This document shows, one piece after another, positions 1 through 12,659 of a DNA stretch of 64,000 bases. Numbering within the stretch: the stretch's first letter is position 1; the number at the start of each line of letters is the position of its first letter. The stretch comes from an uncultured virus (IMG/VR IMGVR_UViG_3300015245_000039) (taxonomy: Duplodnaviria > Heunggongvirae > Uroviricota > Caudoviricetes): IMG/VR virus record IMGVR_UViG_3300015245_000039; one strand, written 5' to 3'. The notes beneath the pieces were generated by a model. It was given only the letters and a program-made list of their open reading frames with translations, did no database searches and had not been told where the DNA came from. The position numbers were made by a program, and so were the translations under genes.

Positions 1-3000
1 ATGCTGACAGCCGAAGATACCAATGCCATCGAGGACTGGATCTCAAGGCTCGAGGCAGCTGCCCGTCAGATCAGTGACGCGGCTGGCGTAATCCATGAGT
101 CAGCTCGCAAGAGCGAAGAGGCGGCTATGACGTTCAGCCGTGCAACGAGGGAGATCCCCTCCTATATCAGGACTGGTCCGTAATGACGGTCCGTAATCTC
201 ATCCAGTACAAAGTAGTCGGTCGCGGGCAGTTCCCGGTCGACATGCTTCGTTATGACCGGGCAATGCCCAGGTCAGAGCGTGATGCAGGGATCATCGAGG
301 AGAGCCTCACTCGGCGCGGTCCTCAAGCCGAGCACGAAGTCAAGATCGAGGGTCTGAAAGAACCGACAGTCGACCGCTGGACCAGCTTCGGCTGGCAGGT
401 CGTCGGCCCGTTCAGTAAGCGGGCGATCTAATGCTAGACGTCGTGAAGTTCACCTGGCGGAATAGGTACGGCTACTGGATCCCGGTGGCCTGGACTATGA
501 CGCCAACTGACAGGGACGAGCCGGCAATCCGCGGCTACGCCAGCATCGGTCGGCCCGGCATGACAGAGCTTAAGGTGCTTGACCGGGCAACGATCCCGGA
601 AGAGCTCAGGATGAACGGTCGCTCTCGGTACTTGCTCTCGAGTGTGATACTGCACAACAGGGCGCAGGCTGACGAGTACACCGCTCAGCAGATGATCGAA
701 GCCATGACTGCGTGGACTGCGTAATGGACATCTACGTTGCAGTTCAGATGGACTGCTTCCGTCCGAACAACACCAAGGTGGTCGTGTCAGAGCGCGATCA
801 CCTGCTGGGCCTGTCATCTAGCTGGCTGGTATTCAAGGCCACCGATGACGGCGGCGAAGCGAGACTACTCCCAATCGACATCGACACCTTGGAGAGGACA
901 CCATGACTTTCATCCTCGTAGGTGAGCAGCAGATCGCAGCGTTCGCTCTAATGCAGGTTCGAGCGAAGCTGAAGCTCGAGGTCGAAAATCCGGCTGGACC
1001 GAAGTGGCGCGACTCACCTGCCCACTCGGCTCGGGCTATTCTCGTCGAAGCGGGCAGGCCAGATCCTGGCCGCACCAAGAAGAAGATCTATGCAGCGTAC
1101 TGCGCCTATCTCTCGGAGCAGGGGCTGTGAGCATCTTCGGTAAGGCCGCACGTGGAGGTCTGTGGGCGCTATTCCCGCCTGCAGGCCTCTGGGCCTCTGC
1201 TCACCACGGAATCAAGCAGCACGAGAAGAGACAGGCGAAGCTCATCGGCGAAGAGCTCAGGCGTCAGCCTACAGAGCTTGACCTCGAGCTCGAGCGCATC
1301 AAGAAGGAGATGGGCAAGTGACAATCATGTTCTACGAAGTCACCTGTACCGTCGAGGGCTGCTACGCCCACACGGATGGCTGTCTCGGCGGCGGATACAA
1401 GTTCCACGGAGCTCCCGTCGAAGAGATCAAGAAGGACTGGGAGCGACATCACCCCGAGCATCCGATCGAGGTCAAGGAGATTACCCTCGAGGAGTACAGC
1501 GGAAGGTGGCCGCTCCCCGGCTCTGATGAGGAAGCCATCTGATGGCCGCTAACTGGGGCATTCGCTACGTCATCGTGGGCGTCGGAACTCTTAAAGAGCG
1601 AGCTACCGACGTCGAAGCTGAGTGGCTACACAAGGTCGTCAGCGAGCGCATCAATCCTCTTGAAGCGAGGATGCTGAGCGAGCGAGTTAGCAACAAGCTG
1701 ACGATCGCACTACTGCAGGAGCAAGGAGCGCTCTGATGACTGACGAAGACCGGATAGCAGAGGACAAGTTCGACACTCTCGCCGAAGGCATCCAGCTCGA
1801 TGTCTTAGGTGACAATCCCGACGCTCCGACTGAGTACGATGTCTGGATCGAGCACCTGGTACTAGGCATCGATCGCTGGCCGTACGCAAAGAAGGTCAAG
1901 GTCGGCGTCATCGACATGGGCGAGTCATTCCAGGGCACCTACGTCTACGAAGACGGCAAGTGGGAGCCAGAGTCATCACTCGACCCTGCCGTCATGATCG
2001 ACCGAATCATCGAAGAGAGGGCAAGGGCATGACAATCACCAGTCCACACCCCAAGGAGCTGATCCTCGTGAGGAATCTCGAGGACAGAGATCGTGAGATC
2101 CTTGGGAACTACGAGTACGCGATCGATGAAGGGCTCAGCTACACCGATGCTGAGCACCGGCTCAGGTTCGCTCCGAGCGACTGTGTCTGCTTGGTGTACC
2201 TGGACCCCGAGCGGTTCAATCTGATCAGCTGGCGCGGCGAGTTCCCTGTCGAGGAGCTGACTGAACGAGTCAAAGAGGGCATGCGCCACTTCTACCTTGT
2301 CGAGTCGGGCACTGACATGGAGACCATGCTCTGCTGCAAGGATAGCTGGCCCGGAGAGGAGACTGACGATGGAAGGACAATCATCGGACGTCAGATCTTC
2401 GTCTATCTCACAGGCTGATGACTTCGATAGCTACACCGCCTGGCGCAACGGCCAGGTGCTTGAGCTCTCACCACTTCAGCTTGCCTGGAAGCTGGCGTTG
2501 GGCTGGGTGCAGATCCGGTTTGCCATCGACCCACTTGCGCCCTGGCGTGAGAAGGTGCGCTGGTCTTTCCGGGACAAGCATCCGCGCCTGCATATCTACC
2601 ACATCCAGTCAGAGAACGAGCACGGCACCAACGGGGACAGGATCCTGGCCGTCAACAGCGTGACACTGGACGACGGCACGGTTATCCTAGACCTGACTAC
2701 TCGCAAGTAGCTGACGCCCTGGCTAGATCCAGGGCGTGAACTACTAGGGGAGGACAGAGCGATGTGATCTAGCGGGTAGCCGTCGTCAGTGCTCGGCGAG
2801 ATAGGAGGCGACGGATCCCGGTGGACCAAATCGAGAGAGGAGGAAACATGGACGTCACCGTAAGCGACGTAATCGGTACAGCCCACTCAAACTCAGCTTT
2901 CGCGACCGCGAAGCTCGAGACGCTGACCCGCCCGAATCTGGACATGCCCAACTATCGGATGCGTGCCGGGCTCAGCGAGATCGAACACTTGTTGGCGAAG

Positions 3001-3748
3001 GCACTGAGCGACGTTCTACTCGCGCAACACATGCTCAGTGAAGACTGGGAAGACACAACCTATGTTGGAAGGAAGGTATGAAGGAGATCAAACTGAAGAC
3101 CCCAGAGGTCTTCAAGCTCGCGAACAGCGAGGCATACGGGTACTACATGCTTCGCTCAGCATACCCTGGCAAGGTCTTCGAGGTAGTAAGCCTCGATGAC
3201 TTGGCTGAGGAGCTCGGCATGAAGCATGGCCAAGCAGCAGCGTCCTGGGTCGTGTCTCCCGAGGACATGTCGAAGGAGACGTACGAACGGATCCAGCAGC
3301 AGTTGAAGGACAACGATCCTGAACTGCTCGACGCACTGCCCCACGCCGACTTCAGTGGAGAGATGGCTGACGGCATGACGCCGGAGAAGCTGCTGGCTGA
3401 GATCGGCGTAGAGGCAGAAGTGCTCGAGAACTACAGCGCCGACGAAGTTCGTTGGCTCAAGGATCGCATGGTTGACAGCTACACGCAAGTGTTCGATTTC
3501 GAGGTTCAACTCCAGCTCGAGCGCGAAGCTCGACTGTACCTGAGCACGGAGGAGGACTGATGAAGCTCGTACTCACAAGAACTCTCGATCTGACCGAGAA
3601 GACGATCGAAGAGGCCAAGGAAGACTCAATGTTCTATCGTTCGTTGGGTCACAAGACGACGATCGTGTCTGACGAGGCTGCTAAGGAGCTAACGCAGGAG
3701 CCTTGGCAAGACCTTACGAAGATTCGCTCTTGGAGCGATATCTCTTAG
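1..3748 (+). other. Cluster of tightly packed small hypothetical early ORFs (e.g. 1-183, 183-431, 431-724, 903-1130, 1318-1542, 1542-1736, 1736-2032, 2029-2418, 2369-2710, 2848-3081, 3078-3560, 3560-3748)
   Basis: Stop/start overlaps (TAATG, ATGA, TGATG) and GGAG-type RBSs; no recognisable families. Confidence 0.75.
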
Positions 3749-3767
3749 GTCGCGCACAGTCGCGAAA

Positions 3768-3804
3768 AAGTTCGAACCCTCGCGGGTATTCCATGCGGTA
3801 AACT
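3768..3804 (+). promoter_or_regulatory. Putative phage promoter copy 1 (AAGTTCGAA box, 22 nt from TTCGAA to TAAACT)
   Basis: Intergenic; same two boxes and spacing as 14027-14063 and 62553-62589. Confidence 0.65.
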
Positions 3805-3998
3805 TGTGGAAACCCGCCGAACCCTACAAGGATCTACAATGACAAAGTTCGATGCAGTAGCCACGATCCACATTCAGGTGGAAGCCGAGGATGAGGATGA
3901 GGCCAAGGAGAAGCTCCAGTCAACCCGTAACTGGGATGACTGGGACTACATCCAGGGGCCATCGGTCAGCCCGGTCAAGAGGAAGGGGATGCGCTTCA

Positions 3999-4229
3999 AT
4001 GCCTAGGAAGGAAGCGACCCAGCTCAGATGGAAGACAGTGGACTCGACCAACGTGGAGGCCGTCGCGTACGACAAGGATGGTCTCTACATCAAGTTCCAC
4101 CACGGCTCCATCTACCGCTATCCCGGCGTCTCACGCCAGCGAGCGGTAGCCTGTCGTTGCTCCGGTAGCGTCGGGCAGTACGTGAATCGCAAGATCATTC
4201 CCAACTACGAGGCGATTAAGATCGCTTAG
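3999..4229 (+). CDS. KTSC domain protein
   Basis: VDSTNVEAVAYD..LYIKFHHGSIYRYPGV..SVGQYVNRKI fits the KTSC pattern. Confidence 0.85.
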   Translation: MPRKEATQLRWKTVDSTNVEAVAYDKDGLYIKFHHGSIYRYPGVSRQRAVACRCSGSVGQYVNRKIIPNYEAIKIA

Positions 4230-4552
4230 GAGCAACATGATGATCGGAATAGGTATTCCCTTTGAGGCCATCGCGAATCCGCTGGTCTCAGCTACTGTTC
4301 ATCAGGTTGACGAACAGATGCGGGATGTGACTGAAGTCCTGATGACCGTCCGCAAGCTGATGAAGTTTCCAGATACCGAGGTCGACTGTGTCGATCTCGA
4401 GAAGCTCGAGGAAGTCATCAGCCGTCTGCTCGACGCGCAGTGGGCACTGATCGAATGCTGCCACGTGCCGGACAATGACGAGGAGTTCGAGCAGCACAAG
4501 GAGAAGACTCTCAAGTCATTCGGCAAGTGGCGCGAAGAGATCGGTTTGTAGC

Positions 4553-5551
4553 ATGACCGAGACCCTCGACAAGAAGATCAGTCAAGTCCAGAAGCTGCTG
4601 GCCAAGGCGATGTCTACCACGCCTGAGGAGGCCGAGCTGCTGCGGCAGAAGGCCCACGAACTGATGACGAACTATGCCATCGAACAGTGGGAGATCGAGA
4701 AGGCACAGCGCAGTGCCAGCGGCGGTCGTACGCCGATCAAGTCCAACATCGACTTCAGCTGGTACTGGGAGGTCTCGAACCAGGAGACGGCGCATGCTCT
4801 CTATCATGTGTTCATCGAGACCGCCCGGCACACCCGGATCGAACTCGCGTACCTGTACGTCGACTACAAGGAGAAGACCTACCCGATCGTCGGAATGCGT
4901 TCCGACATCGAGTATTTCAAGATCCTCTTCACCGACCTGTTCCGACAGGTCACCCAGACGATCGACCCCACGCCGCTGCCGGGCGAGAGCATGATCGAAG
5001 CTCTTGCACGCATGAAGGAGGCAGGGCTCAAGTGGGAGGTCATCTACAACAGGCTCGTCAGAGCCGAGTTGCAGCCTGATCTCGGTCGCTGGACCAAGAC
5101 AGTGGCGTCGAAGGTCAACTACGCAGGCAAGTACACGAAGTTCTGCGATGAGACCGACCGCGTCAGAATGCGCGTTGCGCCGACGGTCTGGAAGCGCAGT
5201 TTCCTGGCAGGCTTTTCATCTGCCCTGAGCCGGAAGCTGTGGCAGATTCGTGAGGGCACCGGGGAGAACACCGGCTCAAGAGAGCTCGCGCTGCGTGACT
5301 ACCGCGACGAGGTCAGGGAAGCCATGTACGAGTTCTATCCCGACCACAAGCCGAAGCCCGTCCCTGAGACTCCAGAGCACAACGGAGCGACACCCAAGAA
5401 GTCGAAGCGTCGGGCAGCCAAGCCGAAGATGGAGAACTACTCCTGGACGGCGGAGGAAGCTGGCATCAACGCCGGACTCAACGTCAGCATCATCTCTCAG
5501 GGCGAGTCCTCGACGAAGGGGATGCACATCAAGGGTGAGCTCGATGGCTGA
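4553..5551 (+). CDS. DUF2786-containing protein
   Basis: N-terminal KISQVQKLLAKA..TTPEEAELLRQKAHELMTNYAI; later RSFLAGF motif typical of this phage family. Confidence 0.8.
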   Translation: MTETLDKKISQVQKLLAKAMSTTPEEAELLRQKAHELMTNYAIEQWEIEKAQRSASGGRTPIKSNIDFSWYWEVSNQETAHALYHVFIETARHTRIELAYLYVDYKEKTYPIVGMRSDIEYFKILFTDLFRQVTQTIDPTPLPGESMIEALARMKEAGLKWEVIYNRLVRAELQPDLGRWTKTVASKVNYAGKYTKFCDETDRVRMRVAPTVWKRSFLAGFSSALSRKLWQIREGTGENTGSRELALRDYRDEVREAMYEFYPDHKPKPVPETPEHNGATPKKSKRRAAKPKMENYSWTAEEAGINAGLNVSIISQGESSTKGMHIKGELDG

Positions 5552-6800
5552 GAGCGAGTTCGAGATCAACATCCGCATCCGCGGCAAGGTGCACGACTCA
5601 GTGCGGGCAGAAGACCTGGAGTCAGTGGCGCAGCAGGCACAGCGTGCCGCGCAAGAGCTATGCCTGGCTGAGCGCTTCAAGGTTCTCAGCAGCTCATCCC
5701 ACAAGCGAGTCTGGAAGGAGGGCTGATGGAGCGCAAGCGTATCGCCATCAGCGTCCGCTCCGAGGGCCGGAACGGGTATCAGGTCGAGGCGAGGATCCCT
5801 GGAAGAACAGGCGTCCTGCCCCTGGCCGAGTTCCTGAAGGAGAATCGCGGCGAGGCTCACGCCTTCAAGAATGGCATCATCCGTGGGCTCGAGCTAGCCG
5901 CTGAGACCATTCCGTGGCTTATCCAGGCGGAGGGGAGAAGCCGTCAGTGATCTACGCTCTATGGATCGTGGTACTAACGTGCGTCGTCCTAGGGCTATTC
6001 GTCTTCTGCTGGGCAGTCAACGAGAAGCTGATAGATCGAAGAGCGAAGAAGTTCTTCGACACCTACGATCGGTGGAAGGACCATAGATGACTCCTGAAGA
6101 GATCATCGAGCAGAACTCAATCGACCAGGTGCAGCGAATCGAACGTGATCTGGTCAAGGATCTGTATGTGTTCCGCTTCGCGATGGCTCGAGGAACCAGA
6201 CCTGGCGCTCGCAAGTCAGCAGCCAACGCTGCGAAGCGCATCCTGAACTATCTTGAGAAGGAGTTCGGGGAATGACTAGAGCGCCAGCGAAGGCACCAAA
6301 CGTTCCCTGGCCCCCGGTCAAGGGAGATATCACTATCGCCGGCGATGTCGCAACAGGCAAGAAGGCGAAGTGCGCTAGGTGTCGTCACAACATCCTCGAA
6401 GTTGAGTCCAGGAACTGGCGTGGCGAGCTGACAGGCAACTTCCACTGGATCCACTACGAGCCACAGACGGCTTGCCTGGGAGCGAAGCGATGAGCTTCCA
6501 GCAGCACATGGGCTCGGCAGTGCCCGAAGAGTCTCACTCGCTGCTCAAGCTGTACAGCGTCGAGAAGCGAGACTTCGTGATGTTTGCAGTGACAGAGGCA
6601 GACGGCACTCGGACGATGGAGCAGTTCTCTCGTCTAGAGATCTTGTGCCCGAACTGCAGCGAAGTGTTCTGGGTCGACGAGGAGAACTGGGTCAGGACGG
6701 TCTACTCAGTCATCAAGAAGGACCTGGTGCTGGTAGGCCGATCTTGCCCGTACTGCTACAAGACGGCCCGCATCCCGCAAGAGTACAGGAAGGGTTGGTA

Positions 6801-7385
6801 GTGATAGACGTTGATGCAGAGCTCAATCGGCTTCGCAAGAATGCCTGGGAACACCCGCTTACACGCGCGACGGGCGCAGGAGAGAATCCAGAGCTGCACT
6901 TCGGTCGTGTGAGCGATCGAGCGTCGCTCGGCCTGACAATCAACAAGTGACTGGATGCTATGCAGGGCCGACCCGTGTGGTTGGCTAGTATCGCTTTCAG
7001 AGATCGCTTCGGCGACGTCATTCCTACAACGAGCTGGACAGACGAAATGCTTGCGTGGGCTGACGACGCTATCGACCGTTCCCTGAGTGATCTTGGCGAC
7101 GAGTCAAGAGAGGTTTCGTTCAGAATGATGGTAACACTCTGTAGACATCGTGGACTGAGCGACGCTGAGGAGGCAGCACTGCCGATCGACTTCAACCAAT
7201 TCCAGGCGACCGATACTGCCGGAACAGCCGTGGAGTTGCTCTGGGCGAGGGGTGTGAGTGGTGATGCTCATCGACCCTGTGAGCAACCAGGGAAGATCTT
7301 TGCCTTCGCATCTAGAACTGACATCTGGCTACCCGAGCCTTGTGGTCAGTGCGGTCCATGTAAAGCAAGAGAGGAGGCTAGTTGA
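6801..7385 (+). pseudogene. Hypothetical protein interrupted by one in-frame TGA (6948-6950): pseudogene or recoded gene
   Basis: GTG at 6801 with RBS; the frame stays open after the TGA to 7385; C-terminal PCGQCGPC. Confidence 0.5.
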
Positions 7386-8616
7386 ATGGACGTCATCTAC
7401 AAACTACCCAAGGGATTCGACCCTGGGCCGCCAGGACTCTACGAGGGAGTACCGCTCGTGGTCACATCAAGCAAGGTCGAGCACGGGAAGCTTGTCGTTC
7501 AGCTCGAGTTCATGCAGGCCGTACCAGAGCTCTTCCTGAGCTCAGTCTCGAGCGCGAATAGTGGCCAGCGTCTGGTTATCAAGGACCACCACAACGTAGA
7601 CGCCAGCGCGCAAGTCTCGTGCGTGCTCGACGGCAAGACACTCTACATGCGTGCGCTGAACCTGGACCGTCCTCCCCACGTCACCTTCGACTTCAGAGTG
7701 ATCACTGGACGATGAGCGACGAATTCAGGAAGGAGCTGCTCGGCTTCGCCAGGCTAACGCAGAGGGAGATGGACGACGCGGCTATGGCGAGCATGAACTA
7801 TCGCTTCAAGATCAGACGCGATCAATTGGAGGAACTCGGGCATCTCGACGACTTCACCAAGGACAACTGGGTGGGCGTCGCCCTCACCTATCCAGAGGCT
7901 GCGCAGCTGCGCGAGTTGCTGCGGATAGCCTGTCCCACGCACGCACCGATTCTAGTGTCGCTGCTCGAGGAGCTCGATGAGGGCTTCAAGCAAGTGACCA
8001 TCGTTCAGCCTATCAAGGGAGGAGAGGGGTGATGATGCTGGCCGCGATGCTGGCCGCGAGCGAGAAGAAGATCTTCGTAGGACTCGACGAAGACAACATG
8101 CGCAGGCTCGCGAATGACGAGCCCATCAGGAAGGAACTCGACGAGGTACCAGGTCTTGAAGGCTGGATTCTATACATCCTCGGGCCAGAGGACATGGCTC
8201 GATTTATCGCAAAATACCGAAGGGAGGGAGGTCATGAGACTACCTGATTTTCTCGGTGGGCACGAGGTTGTGCTCGAGACAGATGGAATGTCCGAGAATG
8301 AGGTACTCGTAGGTTGGATCGACGAGCACGGAACGATCATGAGCGAGAGCACTGGCCAGATCATCGGTGATCTTGTCTCTGTCAAGGATCACGAAATAAC
8401 AGCTCTTATCCTCAAGAAAGGAGTTCGGACATGAAACTCAGACATCTATACCGGACGCAGCGCCGCGCGAGAGCTGACCTTCGCGCTGTCAAGGGAGGCC
8501 CGCAAGCAGTCGGCGAGCTGCTGCTGTACCGCAAGGCATGGAAGATTGGTGGCAAGCTGTTCCGATGAGAATCGCTATTAGGCTCCAGATTTGCTAAAAA
8601 TCTGCAGCGAATCCAT

Positions 8617-10464
8617 ATGATCACAGCCGAACTCGACAAGGGCGGACGGCGGATTCTGATCCGGATGGAGTACAGCGCCGGCGATTTCCGCGCGGTCAAG
8701 CAGATCCCTGGCTCCTCGTGGCGTAAACGTGACGAGTGTTTCGCCGTGCCTGCAGACCTCGAGACTGGACGCAAGCTGCGCCAGCTATTCGGTAGTAGGC
8801 TCGAGGTTGGTCCCAGGCTGCTCGCATGGGGCACCAACGAGGCTAGGAAGGCACGCAATCTTTCCAAGATCAGCACGGCTGACGACTATCCACTCGAAGA
8901 CATGGAGCTGGTCGATGTGCTGCCCAAGCTGGCGGAGACACTCTGGGCACACCAGCGAGCCGACGCCGTGTTCATGAGCAAGACGTCCTGCATCAATGCG
9001 AACGAGCAGGGTACTGGCAAGACCCGCGACGTGATCGCAGCCGTGTACGAGGGCGGAATGCAGGATGGCTTCCACCTAGTGCTAGCTCCCGTCAAGAGCA
9101 TCGAGGCCACCTGGCTTGAAGAGCTCGAGCGCTGGATTCCTGACCACGTACCACTGCTCGCTTCCGAGGACCCGAAGCAGCGCGAGCAACACGTGGCTGA
9201 GGCGTTCGAGCTCTACGAAGCAGGTGATCCCTTCTGGCTCGTCATCAACAAGGAGATGATGCGCTACGAGGCTCTGTATGAGTACCGCTTCGACGATGAT
9301 CGCAACAAGGAGGTCCGTGAAGAGGTAGGCGTTGAGGAGAAGTACCCTGAGCTCTTCAGCATTCCCTGGACTACGCTGACCATCGACGAGTTCCACAAGG
9401 CAGGGCTCAGCAACCCGAAGACGCTGACGAGCAGAGCCATAGCTTCGCAGCGACCGGGTAGGCTCTGGCTGATGAGCGGGACGCCGATGCGTGGGCGTGA
9501 GATCAACCTGTGGGGAGCACTGCACCTACTAGCTCCGAAGAACTTCAACAGCAAGTGGCGCTGGTTCTATCAGTGGCTCGACGTCACTGAGGAGCGCATC
9601 GGAAGCAGGCAGGTGCGTCGTACCGTCGGCGAGCTGCAGGAAGGAAGGGACGATGCCTTCTATGAGATGCTCTCGCCGTACATGGTGCGTCGTCTTAAGG
9701 AGGAGGTCTTCCCTGAGCTGCCCCCGAAGGAGTACGAGGATGTCTGGTGCTACATGACTCCGAAGCAGGACGCTCAGTACACCGAGTTCGAGCACCAGGC
9801 TGAGATCATCATCGAAGAGCACCATCTGATCTCCACTGGCATGCTCGCTGAGTACTCGCGGCTCAAGATGTTCGCTACTGCTCGCTGCCAGATTGACCAG
9901 ACCACGGTCAAGAAGCGACGCACCGGCGAGCTGATCAGCACTCTCAAGATGATACCCACCACAGACTCGGGCAAGCTGCCGTACCTACTCGAGAAGCTAC
10001 AGGAGTGCGGCGTCGAGCCAGACCAGTACAACTTCAAGGCGCTCGTGGGCAGCCAGCATCGGGAGACTGTGATGATGGTCGCTCACTGGCTGATAGACCA
10101 CGGCTACCGAGTCAACACGATCATGGGCGGCACCGGCGACACTCGAGCGCTGATGCATGACTTCCAGCAGCTAGGGAAGCCAAGCACTCAGATCATCGTG
10201 GCGACGCTCGCCGCTGGCGGCGTGAGTCTGAATCTAGATGCCGCTGACTCCGTCCATATACTTGATGAGGACTGGGTGCCTGACACGATGGATCAGTTTG
10301 AAGACCGAGCACACCGGGGCAGCAGGATGCACCGAGTTCGCGTCTTCTATTACCGCAGTCGAGACACCATAGAGGAGGACATCAAAGAGCTGAACGATGA
10401 GAAGGGGTACAACAACTGGAACGTGCTTGATCTCCGCAGGAAGATGAGGAAGGAGAACACGTGA
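8617..10464 (+). CDS. SNF2-family helicase with N-terminal HARP-like domain
   Basis: EQGTGKT, DEFH, SGTP, SGKL, GGVSLNL, QFEDRAHR motifs; N-terminal VKQIPGSSW segment. Confidence 0.9.
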   Translation: MITAELDKGGRRILIRMEYSAGDFRAVKQIPGSSWRKRDECFAVPADLETGRKLRQLFGSRLEVGPRLLAWGTNEARKARNLSKISTADDYPLEDMELVDVLPKLAETLWAHQRADAVFMSKTSCINANEQGTGKTRDVIAAVYEGGMQDGFHLVLAPVKSIEATWLEELERWIPDHVPLLASEDPKQREQHVAEAFELYEAGDPFWLVINKEMMRYEALYEYRFDDDRNKEVREEVGVEEKYPELFSIPWTTLTIDEFHKAGLSNPKTLTSRAIASQRPGRLWLMSGTPMRGREINLWGALHLLAPKNFNSKWRWFYQWLDVTEERIGSRQVRRTVGELQEGRDDAFYEMLSPYMVRRLKEEVFPELPPKEYEDVWCYMTPKQDAQYTEFEHQAEIIIEEHHLISTGMLAEYSRLKMFATARCQIDQTTVKKRRTGELISTLKMIPTTDSGKLPYLLEKLQECGVEPDQYNFKALVGSQHRETVMMVAHWLIDHGYRVNTIMGGTGDTRALMHDFQQLGKPSTQIIVATLAAGGVSLNLDAADSVHILDEDWVPDTMDQFEDRAHRGSRMHRVRVFYYRSRDTIEEDIKELNDEKGYNNWNVLDLRRKMRKENT

Positions 10465-10611
10465 AAATAGTCATGGCACTGCTAGCGGTAGGCTTGGCCG
10501 TTCTGGCCGGTCTCGGGGGCTGGAGCGCAGTCTCCTGGGCCTTGTACGCGCTGGCCGCCACCGCCATAGTGACAGGGATCATCCAAGGAATCACGCTAGG
10601 AAGGAGGAAGT

Positions 10612-11127
10612 ATGCCAAAGGTCCACAAGAAGAAGAAGACAGCAAGGGGAACCAAGACATACAGGTGCGTCGCACCTGACTGTCGCTACGACGACCGGGA
10701 GATCAAGCCCGGCCAGAACTACTACGAGTGGACGAAGTACAAGCAACCCTCGCAGTACCAGCACGCCAAGTGTGGATATCCTCGGCGCAGCCAGCTCAGT
10801 GACTCCAAGATGGGCTCAGTCTGGGATGCAGTCGACGGTGCTGCCGTCGGCAACTGCGTGAGCGTCGAGGATATCGAAGCGGCACTCGAGGCAGTTGCGG
10901 CGACAGCTCGTGAAGTAGCGAGTGAGTATGAGGAGGCCGGCAACACGTCCAGTCCTTCGGCCGAGGCCTGCCAGACTATCAGCCAGGAACTGGACTCATG
11001 GGCTGATGACCTCGAGGGCTGGTCACCTGAGGACAAGGGAGACGAGGAGGATCCTGACGAGTGGTTCCAGGCTCAGCGCGACACTGCACAGGAGAAGCTC
11101 GACGAGCAGCCCGAGTACGGCGGCTAG
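10612..11127 (+). CDS. Hypothetical protein, basic Cys/His N-terminus and acidic helical C-terminus
   Basis: Strong RBS (AAGGAGGA); C-x4-C ... H-x2-C pattern. Confidence 0.6.
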   Translation: MPKVHKKKKTARGTKTYRCVAPDCRYDDREIKPGQNYYEWTKYKQPSQYQHAKCGYPRRSQLSDSKMGSVWDAVDGAAVGNCVSVEDIEAALEAVAATAREVASEYEEAGNTSSPSAEACQTISQELDSWADDLEGWSPEDKGDEEDPDEWFQAQRDTAQEKLDEQPEYGG

Positions 11128-12659
11128 ATAACAACAAGGAGACACTCATGAGAGTTCTGATTGACCACGGCGAGGGAGTATTCCCTCGCTACCACGAGAG
11201 TGAGGCGAAGTCGCTGATCATCAATGTCACTGGGGTCGAGGCTGGCGAGTACCAGCTCGAGCTCACAGCAGAGCAAACTGAAGCGACCATGGCACTGAAC
11301 ATCGTCCTTGAGTACCCCGACGGCGAGCGTCAGAAGTTCGAGAGCATCGTACTGGAGAGAGTCTGATGAAGATCGTCATTGGTCAGAAGGGAGCACACGG
11401 CCCAATCGTGGTCGACCAGAGCTGGTCCTCAGTTGACGATGAGACCCAGGTCGCGCTCAAGCGCGGCGAGGTAATCGGCTTCGGACTCGGCGCTGACGAG
11501 GATCCGCCCTGGTACATCGAGGTCGGGATCGACAAGGATACAGGCGAGTGCTACGTCGACGCCTCGTCTGACTCAATCGAGAGTACCGAGAGAGTCTGGT
11601 CATTCACCCCTGAGGAGTGGTGATGCAGGTAGAGATCAAAGGAGAAAAGATCAACGTCGTGACTCCTTCGGGTCGAAGGATTGAGAGTAAAGACGTCACG
11701 ATGGTGGGTGTCGACAGCATCTTCATCCCGCTTGACCCGTACGAACAAGAAGCACTCGAGATCAGATGGCTACCAGAGCCAGATCCCTGCGGCGAGATAC
11801 AAGTGATCCATCATGGGCTCGCAGGCCAGCCCGAGTGTGTCCATAGCGTCATCATCCCAGAACCATAGGAGGTACCTTGAGTCCGCGCCCACGCCCAGCG
11901 CAGAAGAAGTTCCTAACAGAGGAGGATCTGAGAGCTGCAGGGGTCGACAACCGTCAGGATGCTGATGATGCCGAGCTGATCGCCGAAGGAATAGAGAGGT
12001 TAGGCCAGGCGCTCTACTACACCTTCGCTGCCGCGCTGGAGCTAGCCGGAGGATTCACCCAGCCGACTAGTCGGAAACCAGGCGAACTACACGAGACTGC
12101 GATGATGCAGTGGCGCAAGTTCGCGCTATTCATGATCAAGGTCAGTCAGTGACGAGATTATTCAGTGCCGTCCAGCCAGGGGACACCTGCGAAGTCAGCA
12201 TGCCAGTCGAGTTCAAGCGATGGGGCAAGCAACGCAGAGTGTGGGTCAACGTCAACATCCATATCCTCCACAGTTCGGAAGAAGGCATCGACCTAGCCGT
12301 CACTGCCCCGGATGACGGCATACTCATCAACCTCGAGTCAGTGAGGCCAATCGAATGAGTGCATACGTTAAGCAGAATGAGCGAGGGACACCATTGCTCT
12401 ACTTCCCCGACGGCGACCAAGAGGATGGGGTCGGCTATCGGGAGGCGACAGTAGCTGAAGCGTCCTTCTACAGACAGCTCGAGGAGGCGAAGGCAGCCCT
12501 CGCCAGAGCCATCTTCGCCCTCGACCAGTACACGGTAAGTCCCGAGGACGCAGAGTCGATGCGTGCCTGGGTGAATGAGGGGATCAAGATCCCTAGCTTG
12601 CTCGAGTACCCTCAGCCAGCGCCGACTGTCAGCGGGACAGAGATCACCAAGCAATGGGG

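Noticed and set aside
3765..3790. GTTCGAA as a tRNA T-loop (also 62555 and 60152)
   Set aside because: No T-stem, anticodon arm or acceptor stem. Two of the three are better explained as the promoter box.
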